Shown: positions 38,459 to 50,058 of the stretch, piece after piece
How positions within the stretch are numbered: the stretch's first letter is position 1
Layout of the letters: the number at the start of each line of letters is the position of its first letter
Origin: Escherichia phage vB_EcoM_Maryam
Direction: 5' to 3' (one strand)
Sequence record: PQ799574.1
DNA: 64,000 nt
Notes under the pieces: model-generated
Database searches by the model: none
The model's input: only the letters and a program-made list of their open reading frames with translations
Told to the model about the DNA's origin: nothing
Position numbers and translations under genes: made by a program

Positions 38459-39574
38459 TTAAACTTCTCTAAATTCCTGTCCAAACACTTTACCAGTTTT
38501 AGACGATGCTTGCGTAGGAAGTACCATTATATCCGGAGGTGAAGCAGATTCACAGATATAATTAACTCGAATACCATTGACGCCAAACTCAGCAGGTTTT
38601 GAAATGCCACCATTTCTTGACACTTCAGAAAAGCTTAAATTTCTCATACCGCCTTGACCCGCTTGTGCAGTTCTCTGTGCGTATATCGTAAATCCAACTG
38701 CATTTTCTGGAACAACTACATAATCTTCTTTTAATTCCCAAGACCCAGCTTGTCCGGTAAACTCAGCATGTGTTGAAGAAATATATCCATCCGATTCATT
38801 ATAAAATCTAATGGATATATTCGTAGTTCCAAGAGCAAGTAAATCGGCATCAGCATATAGTTGTGCTTTAAGATAAAGAACATCGCCAGGAATTAAATTG
38901 TAGTCAGAAAGTTTACTTATCGCGGATGAAGTTGGTAGACGTGCAATTTCGTTATTAGTTCCACCAACCGCTGACATAAACTGCTCAACGCTTTCATATG
39001 TTCTTCTTGGAAACCCGGTAGCTCCAACGTCTTCTAAACTGTCAAATACAACATCTAAAATAGTTTGATAATCATCAGTGCTTTTTCTGTTGCTCAGTTT
39101 AACATGCTCTAATGCGATAGCTCTTTTAGAAGAAGTGTAAAAAGAAGCATATGATACATCAAATCTTGACAATACAGAGTCAGATGGAAAAGCAGACGTT
39201 CCTGCTGTTCTTAGCCAAGATACTACTTCAGGAGGAAAATTAACCTTTCCGCTAGTTAATATAGCAACAATTCTATTATTCGTCAAAGAATTCATGAAAC
39301 TAACAAAAGCAGCTGATGTAGTATCATTTGAAGTAGAAAAAGCATATGACTTACTATCAACTAATGCTCCTGTAGAAGGGTCAAAAACTCTTAAATGAAG
39401 ACCTGCGCTAAATGTTTGACTTCCTACAGGATTATCCTGAAATTTAACATATGGTCCTGCTGTAGAAAGCGGGCAAGAACCCGCTATACTTATTTTGTAT
39501 CTTACTGAATTACTTTCCGATAAAAATGGCGTTTGGACGTATCCTTGTCCAAACTCTGCCATAAATTTTTCCAT
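38459..39574 (-). CDS. 35: long tail fibre hinge connector gp35 (371 aa)
   Basis: Synteny and size. Confidence 0.8.
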   Translation of the reverse strand: MEKFMAEFGQGYVQTPFLSESNSVRYKISIAGSCPLSTAGPYVKFQDNPVGSQTFSAGLHLRVFDPSTGALVDSKSYAFSTSNDTTSAAFVSFMNSLTNNRIVAILTSGKVNFPPEVVSWLRTAGTSAFPSDSVLSRFDVSYASFYTSSKRAIALEHVKLSNRKSTDDYQTILDVVFDSLEDVGATGFPRRTYESVEQFMSAVGGTNNEIARLPTSSAISKLSDYNLIPGDVLYLKAQLYADADLLALGTTNISIRFYNESDGYISSTHAEFTGQAGSWELKEDYVVVPENAVGFTIYAQRTAQAGQGGMRNLSFSEVSRNGGISKPAEFGVNGIRVNYICESASPPDIMVLPTQASSKTGKVFGQEFREV

Positions 39575-39582
39575 AATACCTC

Positions 39583-42500
39583 TTATTCAACCCATTCAAA
39601 TTTAACAGTTTTATTCACTGGGTCAGGAATAATACGAACATTACCAATTCGCAAGAAATCACGAATAGTAAGATTACCCATTATAGCATTATCAGATGGT
39701 AAAGCACCGATATCAGATGGCTGAGGAGGGTTACCTCCGTCAAATACCTGAACAAAACTTGACCAAGAGTTTTTGGTTTTCTGCCATGTGCGTGTCCAAC
39801 GAGTGGTACGCGCTTCTGGTGTTGTTGGATAAGTAATCCAATCTTGGTAAAGCGAATCAAGTGTGTTACCAAACTGAGTCAATGTACCAGGAGATTTAAC
39901 TTCTTCGCCACGTTCTAAGTATGGAAGTCCAGTCACTTCATTAGTTTTTTCAACCATTTTAAAATAACCAGGGAATTGATTATAAGTGGCTGAATCGTTA
40001 ATATCAATTGACCAGAATCCTACTGTATCAGTTGTTGGTGCGCGGGTATATAAATCAGATGTTTTAGTGCCCTGAGAACGAATTCTCGAGTTAACAGTCA
40101 AACCGCCTGAATTTATAGTAGCACCTTTGGCAATAATTAAGCTTTCGCCAATCGTTACTTGGCCAGATGCATTATTAATAGCTAAAGGACGTAATCCATT
40201 AAATCCACCAGTCTGATCACCCGATGCAGTAAGCATAAAATTCGTTACTGATCCATCATTGCGAACAATGAAACCATAATTTCCGTTAATAGCACGGAAA
40301 GCATTTGCGCTTCGAGAAATAATTTCACCAGTTGCAGTGACTGAATTACCAAATGTTGCTACACCATTTGCATTCAATGTTCCTGAAGCATTAACATTTA
40401 TAGGTGTTACTGTACCGTTGATATTAAATGTTATATTTCCGGCTTTATTGCGCTGAGAATAAAAATGACTAGATGTTTCATCACTAACTTCAAATACGGT
40501 AGAACGTGTTGTATCTAATTCCCCACTAAATTGATTTCCCCACACTCTAACAGTCATCGTTTGGGCTGGGTTTGTTCCAGTTTGAGGTCCTTTCTCAAAA
40601 ATCAATCGAGTTGCTGTTCCAGTATTAGAAATAGTTAATGTACTATTTGCTGAAACTGATCCACCGAACGTAGCAGTACTAGATGATACAAGAGGGGCAC
40701 TCAGATTCGTTTGTTGGGTTAAGGTTAGTGAACCATTAACTGTCTGCGCAATGTCCCTACGAATGAACTGAGATGAATCTAGACCATCCAATAAATTACT
40801 ATCTACAGCTTTTGCTTTTAATGGCAAATAATTTGCTAATACACGGTTTAATTCATATGGTGATACTGCATAACCATTTTTCTCATATGATTCTAATGGC
40901 TGTGTTGAACCTACCGTATCATTACCAACAAACGTTAATGAACCAGAAGAAGTTTTAACAAAGCCCCTTATCGCAGTAGTTGCTGCCCAAGTAGATTCGC
41001 TCTGCACAATCCATTTTAAATTTTTTGGAGATACAGCAGTATTTGCTGACGTTCCAGTCACAGTTTCAGACTGAGTTGCAACTTTAATAACACCTTCTTG
41101 TGCTTCAGTAGATTTAGTACCTAAAAGCTTTTTAGGAGTTATTAAAACATTATCTAATGTTCCTGCAGCAGCTTCGACCTGTGTAGCTACACGAAGTGTA
41201 CCACGCTGTGTCTCATTTGCTTCAAGAATATCAAGGGTATAATGGTCCCAGAGAGTTCCTGATTCAACTAATCCAGATAGAGCAACAACAGAAGTACGAT
41301 CAGTACTATTAAATCTGGTTTTAATTTTTAATGGTGTAGAGATACGAGTATCGTCGACGCCTGCGTCGAATTCAACCTGTGTAGCAATTTCAGCTATACC
41401 ACTTAAACTTTCAGTTGCTCTACGGTCATTTAAAGTTTTAGGAGTGACTGCACGAGTATAGTCAGTTCCTGTGTTAACTTCACTTTGCGTAGCAATTTCA
41501 ATTAAACCAATTCTTGCATCAGTTGATGTCTTTTTATGTAACGTTTCTGGCGTTACAACCGCATTTGCCCATCCTTCTTGGCTTTGTCCAGCAATTACTT
41601 CACTTTCAACTGCTAAAATTACTGCGCCTTGTTGCGTTGGAGTAGCTTTATACTGATCCAAAGCTTTAGGTGAAACAACTAAATTATTAGTGTTTTTATT
41701 ATAAACATTCGTACCATTTAATTCACGACTAGAAGCTGGAGTAGCACCTGCAGTAGATACAAAGGTTACAATACCAGATAATGATTCAGAACCTTGACGA
41801 GCTTGAAGCTTTTTAGGAGTGATGATTGTAGTATCATCGGTTCCTGCATTAGTTTCTTGCTGCGTAGCAATTTCTGCGACACCTCTACGAGTTTCTGTAG
41901 CAGTTCTTTCATTCAGCTTTTTAGGAGTAATGATAAGGTCATCTGCAAAAGAGAATGTGGTGTTCTGATTCACTTGAGCAGTAGTTGCTATTCTTGCAAT
42001 ACCTCTACGAGTTTCTGTAGCAGTACGATTAGCTAACGTTTCTGGAGTAATTGCCAATTCTTTTTGTGGAGAATTTTCTAAATCAGCATTAGCTTGAGCT
42101 TGTGTAGCTAAAGCAATTACACCTAATCTTGCTCTAGTAGAATCATTTAAAGAATCTACTCTTTCTACGGTTGGAACATTTTGCTGTACAACCCAATATT
42201 TTCCGTCAGAATCTTCTATATAAGCAAGCTCTAAAACTGGAACATAATTAGTTTCACCGTTAAAAACTAATTCTTGAACTGTAACCCACTCAGCTTCAGG
42301 TGGATATTCTGAGCGTTTTGGGAATTGCAGCAATTGAACTGAAGAAGCAATTTTATCTTCACCTGCAGCTTTGATTTTAACCGTTTGTCCTTTTCTCATG
42401 TAATTCATAGAAATTTTGACAGTATCACCAACAGAAATATCAGTCGGAAGCTGAAGTTCAATTGTTTGGGTTGTTCCATTATTCGCGCCAAATACCATGA

Positions 42501-43452
42501 CTTCTTCGTTTGGACGAATATTAGAATTAGTTGTTATAATGCGTAAACGTGCTTTACTATCCCCGTCAAACAATCTCCACAATTTCTCATTATCATCAAA
42601 CATCAAGAAACCGTCAATCGATGTACGGCCTTCAATGGAATGAGTTCCAACTTCTTGTACTGAAGTTGTTTCATCATATGTAGTAACAATTGTGTGATAA
42701 AGAGGATTTAATTTATCCAAATCAACGAAATTAATAATATCGCCATGATTGGCAAATCTTGGAAGTTTAATATTAATTGCTGAAGCAGAAGTAAATCTAC
42801 GTACGATAAAATCGTTTGATTGTGCCTGATAGAGACTCGCAGGAGTTACAACTACAGCTTCTCTACTATAATCAGCAACATACATTTGCCACAGACGATT
42901 ACTAAAAATTAAAACTATCTGTGATTTTGGATGAGTCATTAGTACTGAACGTACTTGCTGACCTCTAAAATTTACAATGCTTTGTACCGGAGCTGTAATT
43001 AAAACTTGATTAACTCCAGGTTTTCCTCCAATATCTTGGAGAACGATGGTATCACCATCAATTGGAGAAGATGGTAAAGTAAATGTAATGTCATTACCAG
43101 CTGCAGTATCAACTGAAATTGATTCGCCCGATTTTAATTGATAAGGTCCTGATGAAACAGTTGTCCAGTTTGCATCAGTACGTAACGCTCTCCATCGTAC
43201 GCTATTAAAAGCTCCTGCTGGTTTTGGAATATCATTTATAGCAGCCCAAAAGCGGTTATCATAAATGATTACAAAATCTTTTAAATATCCACGAGTTGGA
43301 TCATATTGTTGAACTGTGTTTTCTTGAATTAAGTAATCAACGTTAACGCCGTCAGTTCCTACGGCACGATCAGCTAAAGCTACGTTGATTATTTTATCAC
43401 CACCTGCGTCCAGACCATCTTCTGCTCTGAACTTTCTTTTAATCTCGGCCAT
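39583..43452 (-). CDS. 34: long tail fibre proximal subunit gp34 (1289 aa)
   Basis: Length identical to T4 gp34; internal ITPKKL-type fibre repeats; late promoter upstream. Confidence 0.9.
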   Translation of the reverse strand: MAEIKRKFRAEDGLDAGGDKIINVALADRAVGTDGVNVDYLIQENTVQQYDPTRGYLKDFVIIYDNRFWAAINDIPKPAGAFNSVRWRALRTDANWTTVSSGPYQLKSGESISVDTAAGNDITFTLPSSPIDGDTIVLQDIGGKPGVNQVLITAPVQSIVNFRGQQVRSVLMTHPKSQIVLIFSNRLWQMYVADYSREAVVVTPASLYQAQSNDFIVRRFTSASAINIKLPRFANHGDIINFVDLDKLNPLYHTIVTTYDETTSVQEVGTHSIEGRTSIDGFLMFDDNEKLWRLFDGDSKARLRIITTNSNIRPNEEVMVFGANNGTTQTIELQLPTDISVGDTVKISMNYMRKGQTVKIKAAGEDKIASSVQLLQFPKRSEYPPEAEWVTVQELVFNGETNYVPVLELAYIEDSDGKYWVVQQNVPTVERVDSLNDSTRARLGVIALATQAQANADLENSPQKELAITPETLANRTATETRRGIARIATTAQVNQNTTFSFADDLIITPKKLNERTATETRRGVAEIATQQETNAGTDDTTIITPKKLQARQGSESLSGIVTFVSTAGATPASSRELNGTNVYNKNTNNLVVSPKALDQYKATPTQQGAVILAVESEVIAGQSQEGWANAVVTPETLHKKTSTDARIGLIEIATQSEVNTGTDYTRAVTPKTLNDRRATESLSGIAEIATQVEFDAGVDDTRISTPLKIKTRFNSTDRTSVVALSGLVESGTLWDHYTLDILEANETQRGTLRVATQVEAAAGTLDNVLITPKKLLGTKSTEAQEGVIKVATQSETVTGTSANTAVSPKNLKWIVQSESTWAATTAIRGFVKTSSGSLTFVGNDTVGSTQPLESYEKNGYAVSPYELNRVLANYLPLKAKAVDSNLLDGLDSSQFIRRDIAQTVNGSLTLTQQTNLSAPLVSSSTATFGGSVSANSTLTISNTGTATRLIFEKGPQTGTNPAQTMTVRVWGNQFSGELDTTRSTVFEVSDETSSHFYSQRNKAGNITFNINGTVTPINVNASGTLNANGVATFGNSVTATGEIISRSANAFRAINGNYGFIVRNDGSVTNFMLTASGDQTGGFNGLRPLAINNASGQVTIGESLIIAKGATINSGGLTVNSRIRSQGTKTSDLYTRAPTTDTVGFWSIDINDSATYNQFPGYFKMVEKTNEVTGLPYLERGEEVKSPGTLTQFGNTLDSLYQDWITYPTTPEARTTRWTRTWQKTKNSWSSFVQVFDGGNPPQPSDIGALPSDNAIMGNLTIRDFLRIGNVRIIPDPVNKTVKFEWVE

Positions 43453-43486
43453 TCTCCCGGGCTCCTATTGTGTTTTCAATAATAAG

Positions 43487-43494
43487 TATTTATA
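43487..43494 (-). promoter_or_regulatory. late promoter TATAAATA for gene 34
   Basis: Forward tatttata 35 nt upstream of the gene 34 ATG. Confidence 0.55.
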
Positions 43495-43497
43495 CTT

Positions 43498-43527
43498 GTT
43501 TACTTTAAGATTTGGATGGTATATAAT
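43498..43527 (+). promoter_or_regulatory. early promoter for rnh (GTTTACT-N17-TATAAT)
   Basis: Divergent from the gene 34 late promoter. Confidence 0.55.
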
Positions 43528-43556
43528 AGAAATCTCACTAATTGAACGAGGTTCAT

Positions 43557-44474
43557 ATGGATTTAGAAATGATGTTGGATGAAGATTACAAAGAAGGAAT
43601 TTGCTTTATTGACTTTAGTCAAATTGCGCTTTCAACTGCTTTGGTAAACTTCCCAGATAAAGAAAAAATTAATTTATCAATGGTTCGTCATTTGATATTG
43701 AACTCAATTAAGTTTAATGTCAAAAAAGCAAAAACGCTTGGATACACTAAAATTGTACTGTGTATTGATAACGCGAAATCTGGATACTGGCGTCGTGATT
43801 TTGCGTATTATTACAAGAAAAACCGTGGAAAAGCACGAGAAGAATCTACTTGGGACTGGGAAGGTTATTTTGAATCCAGCCATAAAGTTATAGATGAATT
43901 GAAAGCTTATATGCCATACATTGTTATGGATATTGATAAGTATGAAGCAGATGACCACATTGCTGTTCTTGTTAAAAAGTTCTCTTTAGAAGGACACAAG
44001 ATTTTAATCATTTCATCGGATGGTGACTTTACTCAACTTCACAAATACCCAAATGTTAAGCAATGGTCACCGATGCACAAGAAATGGGTTAAAATTAAAA
44101 GCGGTTCTGCTGAAATTGACTGTATGACTAAAATCCTTAAAGGCGACAAAAAGGATAACGTTGCTTCAGTTAAAGTACGATCTGACTTTTGGTTTACCAA
44201 AGTTGAAGGTGAACGAACTCCTTCAATGAAAACTTCAATCGTTGAAGCTATTGCTAATGACCGTGAGCAAGCTAAGGTGCTTCTCACAGAATCTGAATAT
44301 AATCGTTATAAAGAAAATTTAGTTCTAATTGATTTTGATTATATTCCTGATAATATTGCTTCAAACATTGTGAATTACTATAATTCATATAAATTACCAC
44401 CGCGTGGCAAAATTTATTCATATTTTGTAAAAGCGGGTCTTTCTAAATTAACTAATAGCATTAATGAATTTTGA
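43557..44474 (+). CDS. rnh: RNase H (FEN-1-like 5'-3' exonuclease), 305 aa
   Basis: Start at ATG after GAGGT RBS (track ORF starts at TTG); T4 RNase H length; divergent from gene 34. Confidence 0.85.
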   Translation: MDLEMMLDEDYKEGICFIDFSQIALSTALVNFPDKEKINLSMVRHLILNSIKFNVKKAKTLGYTKIVLCIDNAKSGYWRRDFAYYYKKNRGKAREESTWDWEGYFESSHKVIDELKAYMPYIVMDIDKYEADDHIAVLVKKFSLEGHKILIISSDGDFTQLHKYPNVKQWSPMHKKWVKIKSGSAEIDCMTKILKGDKKDNVASVKVRSDFWFTKVEGERTPSMKTSIVEAIANDREQAKVLLTESEYNRYKENLVLIDFDYIPDNIASNIVNYYNSYKLPPRGKIYSYFVKAGLSKLTNSINEF

Positions 44475-44482
44475 GGTGAATA

Positions 44483-44752
44483 ATGGCTAAAAAAGAAATG
44501 GTTGAATTTGATGAAGCTATCCATGGCGAAGATTTGGCTAAATTTATTAAAGAAGCATCTGATCATAAACTGAAAATTTCCGGTTATAATGAACTGATTA
44601 AAGATATTCGAATTCGTGCCAAAGATGAACTTGGTGTTGATGGCAAGATGTTTAATCGTCTGTTAGCTTTGTATCATAAAGATAACCGTGATGTGTTTGA
44701 AGCTGAAACTGAAGAGGTAGTTGAACTTTATGACACAGTTTTCTCTAAATGA
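44483..44752 (+). CDS. dsbA: dsDNA-binding protein DsbA (89 aa)
   Basis: Size and position between rnh and 33. Confidence 0.75.
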   Translation: MAKKEMVEFDEAIHGEDLAKFIKEASDHKLKISGYNELIKDIRIRAKDELGVDGKMFNRLLALYHKDNRDVFEAETEEVVELYDTVFSK

Positions 44753-45068
44753 TATTCGTCCGGTCGATGAGACCGGTCTTTCAGAAAAAGAACTTTCCCT
44801 TAAGAAAGAAAAGGATGAAATTGCAAAGCTTCTTGATCGTCAAGAAAATGGATTTATCATTGAAAAAATGGTAGAAGAGTTTGGAATGAGTTATCTTGAA
44901 GCTACGACAGCATTCTTGGAAGAAAACTCTATTCCTGAAACTCAATTTGCTAAATTTATTCCTTCGGGTATAATTGAAAAAATTCAGTCAGAAGCTATTG
45001 ACGAAAATCTTTTGCGTCCTTCTGTTGTTCGTTGTGAAAAAACTAATACATTAGATTTTCTGCTATGA
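44730..45068 (+). CDS. 33: late transcription co-activator gp33 (112 aa)
   Basis: Start at MTQF; length then equals T4 gp33. Confidence 0.8.
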   Translation: MTQFSLNDIRPVDETGLSEKELSLKKEKDEIAKLLDRQENGFIIEKMVEEFGMSYLEATTAFLEENSIPETQFAKFIPSGIIEKIQSEAIDENLLRPSVVRCEKTNTLDFLL

Positions 45069-45718
45069 TTAAACTCCGCATGCCTGCTGGTGGTGAAAGA
45101 TACATTGATGGTAAATCAGTTTATAAATTATACTTAATGATAAAACAGCATATGAATGGAAAGTATGATGTTATTAAGTATAATTGGTGCATGCGGGTGT
45201 CTGATGCCGCTTATCAAAAGCGAAGGGATAAGTATTTTTTCCAGAAGTTATCAGAAAAATATAAATTAAAGGAACTTGCTTTAATCTTTATAAGCAATTT
45301 GGTTGCTAACCAAGATGCTTGGATTGGTGACATCTCTGACGCTGATGCACTTGTGTTTTATCGTGAATATATCGGACGCTTAAAGCAAATTAAATTTAAG
45401 TTTGAAGAAGATATTCGCAATATTTACTATTTTAGTAAAAAAGTTGAAGTTTCTGCTTTTAAAGAAATCTTTGAATATAATCCAAAGGTTCAGTCAAGTT
45501 ATATTTTTAAACTTCTGCAATCGAACATAATTTCGTTTGAGACGTTTATCTTGCTTGATTCGTTTTTAAATATAATTGATAAACATGATGAACAGACTGA
45601 TAATTTAGTCTGGAATAATTATTCTATAAAGTTAAAGGCTTATAGAAAAATTTTAAATATTGATTCACAGAAAGCTAAAAGTGTTTTCATTGAAACTGTG
45701 AAATCTTGCAAGTATTGA
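45065..45718 (+). CDS. 59: helicase loader gp59 (217 aa)
   Basis: Length identical to T4 gp59; synteny 33-59-32. Confidence 0.85.
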   Translation: MIKLRMPAGGERYIDGKSVYKLYLMIKQHMNGKYDVIKYNWCMRVSDAAYQKRRDKYFFQKLSEKYKLKELALIFISNLVANQDAWIGDISDADALVFYREYIGRLKQIKFKFEEDIRNIYYFSKKVEVSAFKEIFEYNPKVQSSYIFKLLQSNIISFETFILLDSFLNIIDKHDEQTDNLVWNNYSIKLKAYRKILNIDSQKAKSVFIETVKSCKY

Positions 45719-45719
45719 T

Positions 45720-46352
45720 ATGAATATAGTATATTGGTTTACATTTGAAGACCGTGTCAAAAATAAGACTCCACCGTACTACTATATCGGTAGTAAATTA
45801 AATTGCTCATTTGAGAACGGAATAATATATGACTCTTCCGGAAAGGAATACTGGAGCTCATGTAAACAAAAAAGATTTTTGAATGCGCTAATGCTTCAAA
45901 AACCGAGCGTTAAAATAATTCAAATTGATGATGACTTGGATGTTATTGAAGCAGAACGAAAATACCAACTTGAAGTAAATGCCAGAGATAATCCAGACTA
46001 TTTTAATCTGGTATATGCTGGTGGTGGATTTGGTGTGAGTGGTGAAACTCATCCAGCCAAAGACCCGGAAGTTAGAGAGCATATGAGATTGGCTAATTAT
46101 ATGAACCGTGACGATTTTAGACCTTGGAAAACATCACGAGCTAATATAGAGTCTTGGAAATTATCTCATATTGCTTACGAGAATTATGTGTTATTATTAT
46201 CCTCTAATCTGTACGGTAAAACTCCTGGATGGCGAAGAGTTAAAGGTAATATAAATATAACTGATACAACTGCTAAATCGATGGTAAAGTATTTCAACTC
46301 AGGTTGGATACCTCTCGAAGACCCAGAGTATTGCAAATTATGCCAGCTATGA
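45720..46352 (+). CDS. GIY-YIG family endonuclease (SegG-like homing endonuclease), 210 aa
   Basis: VYW...YYYIG...R...E...N pattern of GIY-YIG domains; lies between 59 and 32. Confidence 0.5.
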   Translation: MNIVYWFTFEDRVKNKTPPYYYIGSKLNCSFENGIIYDSSGKEYWSSCKQKRFLNALMLQKPSVKIIQIDDDLDVIEAERKYQLEVNARDNPDYFNLVYAGGGFGVSGETHPAKDPEVREHMRLANYMNRDDFRPWKTSRANIESWKLSHIAYENYVLLLSSNLYGKTPGWRRVKGNINITDTTAKSMVKYFNSGWIPLEDPEYCKLCQL

Positions 46353-46406
46353 GGTAAAGTGTCATAGCACCAACTGTTAATTAAATTAAGTTAAAAAGGA
46401 AATAAA

Positions 46407-47312
46407 ATGTTTAAACGTAAATCTACTGCTGAACTTGCTGCGCAAATGGCTAAACTGAATGGCAATAAAGGTTTTTCTTCTGAAGATAAAGGCGAGTGGA
46501 AACTGAAACTCGATAATGCGGGTAACGGTCAAGCAGTAATTCGTTTTCTTCCGTCTAAAAATGATGAACAAGCACCATTCGCAATTCTTGTAAATCACGG
46601 TTTCAAGAAAAATGGTAAATGGTATATTGAAACATGTTCATCTACCCATGGTGATTACGATTCTTGCCCAGTATGTCAATACATCAGTAAAAATGATCTG
46701 TACAACACTGACAATAAAGAGTACGGTCTTGTTAAACGTAAAACTTCTTACTGGGCTAACATTCTTGTAGTAAAAGACCCAGCTGCTCCAGAAAATGAAG
46801 GTAAAGTATTTAAATACCGTTTCGGTAAGAAAATCTGGGATAAAATCAATGCAATGATTGCAGTTGATGTTGAAATGGGTGAAACTCCGGTTGATGTAAC
46901 TTGTCCGTGGGAAGGTGCTAACTTTGTACTGAAAGTTAAACAAGTTTCTGGATTTAGTAACTACGACGAATCTAAATTCCTGAATCAATCTGCGATTCCA
47001 AACATTGATGATGAATCTTTCCAGAAAGAACTGTTCGAACAAATGGTTGACCTTTCTGAAATGACTTCTAAAGATAAATTCAAATCGTTTGAAGAACTGA
47101 ATACTAAATTCGGTCAAGTTATGGGAACTGCTGTGATGGGCGGTGCCGCTGCAACTGCTGCTAAGAAAGCCGATAAAGTTGCTGATGATTTGGATGCATT
47201 CAATGTTGATGACTTCAATACAAAAACTGAAGATGATTTTATGAGCTCAAGCTCTGGTAGTTCATCTAGTGCTGATGACACGGACCTAGATGACCTTTTG
47301 AATGACCTTTAA
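46407..47312 (+). CDS. 32: single-stranded DNA-binding protein gp32 (301 aa)
   Basis: Length identical to T4 gp32; zinc-binding Cys/His cluster; acidic C-terminus. Confidence 0.9.
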
Positions 47313-47334
47313 TAGATTATATTACTAATTAATT

Positions 47335-47362
47335 GGGGACCCTAGAGGTCCCCTTTTTTATT
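47335..47362 (+). terminator. intrinsic terminator after gene 32
   Basis: GGGGACC-CUAGA-GGUCCCC plus UUUUUUA. Confidence 0.75.
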
Positions 47363-47384
47363 TCAAAAATTTTTTCACAAAACG

Positions 47385-47414
47385 GTTTACATCCTTGTCC
47401 TTCCATGGTACTAT
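47385..47414 (+). promoter_or_regulatory. early promoter (PeSL-like) downstream of the gene 32 terminator
   Basis: GTTTACAtccttgtccttccatggTACTAT. Confidence 0.5.
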
Positions 47415-47457
47415 ACAACTATCGGCAATACTGCTAATAATTAAAGAGGAAAATAAT

Positions 47458-47685
47458 ATGGCTAAAGTTGATATTGATGTTGTTGATTTTGAATATATTG
47501 AAGAAATTATTCGTAATCGTTATCCTGAACTTAGTATCACAAGCGTGCAAGATTCTAAGTTTTGGAGTATTCAAATCGTTATTGAAGGTCCTCTTGAAGA
47601 CCTCACCCGCTTTATGGCTAATGAATATTGTGATGGCATGGATTCTGAAGACGCAGAATTTTACATGGGACTGATTGAACAATAA
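47458..47685 (+). CDS. hypothetical protein (75 aa)
   Basis: ATG with AAGAGGAAAA RBS; early promoter at 47385-47414. Confidence 0.45.
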   Translation: MAKVDIDVVDFEYIEEIIRNRYPELSITSVQDSKFWSIQIVIEGPLEDLTRFMANEYCDGMDSEDAEFYMGLIEQ

Positions 47686-47731
47686 TTATCAAGGGGCTCT
47701 ATCAAGCCCCTATCAAAATGAGGAAACCGTA

Positions 47732-48097
47732 ATGTATATCGGCAAAAAGTATGAGCTTGTTCCAAGACTTATTGATACATTTATTAATTATCGCCCACGT
47801 TCTAATTCATCAATAGTTAAAATTATTCAAGAAAACGGCGGATGGTTTGAAGTTAAAGAAGCTTTCTTTGTTGATGGATTTAGAGTAATAAAACACATTG
47901 AATGCGCAAATGGAAAGCATTTTTACTTTAACGTTTGTGAAGACGAATTTCATTGTTTTCGCGAGTATAAAGAACCGACTTCTGAAGAAGATGAAGTCAA
48001 AGACAAGGTTTCTGGCGTAACAAAAATTCACTGCATTGTAGATGAAAACAATGTAGACGAAATCATTGAACTTTTGCGAAAAACTTTTAAGGCCTAA
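47732..48097 (+). CDS. hypothetical protein (121 aa)
   Basis: ATG with GAGGAAA RBS. Confidence 0.45.
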   Translation: MYIGKKYELVPRLIDTFINYRPRSNSSIVKIIQENGGWFEVKEAFFVDGFRVIKHIECANGKHFYFNVCEDEFHCFREYKEPTSEEDEVKDKVSGVTKIHCIVDENNVDEIIELLRKTFKA

Positions 48098-48098
48098 T

Positions 48099-48359
48099 AT
48101 GACTAAAGATGATTTCCTGGATGCGGTAGAAAAAGCTAGTGAGAAATTTGAAGTGATGGGTGTACGGGTCCATAAAGACAGAAATTACGGGCTCGATATT
48201 CAAACGTATTCATTATGGCTTGTGGGTGAACACAGTCTTGTAACCAGTTTAGTTATGGGTGTCGATACCTATCCTCTATTGGTTAAGTTCAGAAGTATGG
48301 AAAAGGCTACTAAAGAAATGATTAAGCTTGGTAAGTGGCTCGATAAAATTCAAAAATAA
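48099..48359 (+). CDS. hypothetical protein (86 aa)
   Basis: ORF; ATG start chosen over TTG. Confidence 0.4.
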   Translation: MTKDDFLDAVEKASEKFEVMGVRVHKDRNYGLDIQTYSLWLVGEHSLVTSLVMGVDTYPLLVKFRSMEKATKEMIKLGKWLDKIQK

Positions 48360-48361
48360 TT

Positions 48362-48391
48362 GTTTACAACAGGGTAGTAGTGTGATACTAT
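48362..48391 (+). promoter_or_regulatory. early promoter (GTTTACA-N17-TACTAT)
   Basis: Inverted repeat agggta...taccct spans the -10 region. Confidence 0.5.
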
Positions 48392-48419
48392 TACCCTATC
48401 AACTACTGAGGAGAATAAA

Positions 48420-48662
48420 ATGAGATTACAACGCCAGAGCATCAAAGATTCAGAAGTTAGAGGTAAATGGTATTTTAATATCATCGGTAAAGATTCTGAG
48501 CTCGTTGAAAAAGCTGAACATCTTTTACGTGATATGGGATGGGAAGATGAATGTGATGGATGTCCTCTTTATGAAGACGGAGAAAGCGCAGGATTCTGGA
48601 TTTACCATTCTGACGTTGAACAGTTTAAAGCTGATTGGAAAATTGTGAAAAAGTCTGTTTGA
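48420..48662 (+). CDS. hypothetical protein (80 aa)
   Basis: Early promoter and GGAGAATAAAATG initiation region upstream. Confidence 0.5.
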   Translation: MRLQRQSIKDSEVRGKWYFNIIGKDSELVEKAEHLLRDMGWEDECDGCPLYEDGESAGFWIYHSDVEQFKADWKIVKKSV

Positions 48663-48672
48663 GGAAAATAAT

Positions 48673-49028
48673 ATGTCTGACATTCGTGTAGCTGGAATTA
48701 CTCGAGTAAGTATTCGTTGCCAACTTAAAACTGCACCCGGGACGGCTTATATTAATTTATCACACGACCTATGTTCTAGTGAAAGACCATTAACTGGTGT
48801 AATTACGTTTTACGCTGGAATTGGCGGAAACGAATTTACTGTAGGCGAATTTGTTGGCTGTAAATTAAAAGTTCAGAAGAACGTATTAGAACTTTTTAGC
48901 GATCTTTATGGTGATATTGATGAAGTTTTTGATGAAATCGCACAAGCAGTTAACAGAGGAATGGTAACTTTAGTTAAAATGATTAAAGATAGCGGATTTG
49001 CTTCTAGCTCTTTTCAGTGGGAGGTAAT

Positions 49029-49032
<4 letters not shown>
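48673..49032 (+). CDS. hypothetical protein (119 aa)
   Basis: ORF with RBS. Confidence 0.45.
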
Positions 49033-50057
<1,025 letters not shown>

Positions 50058-50058
<1 letters not shown>

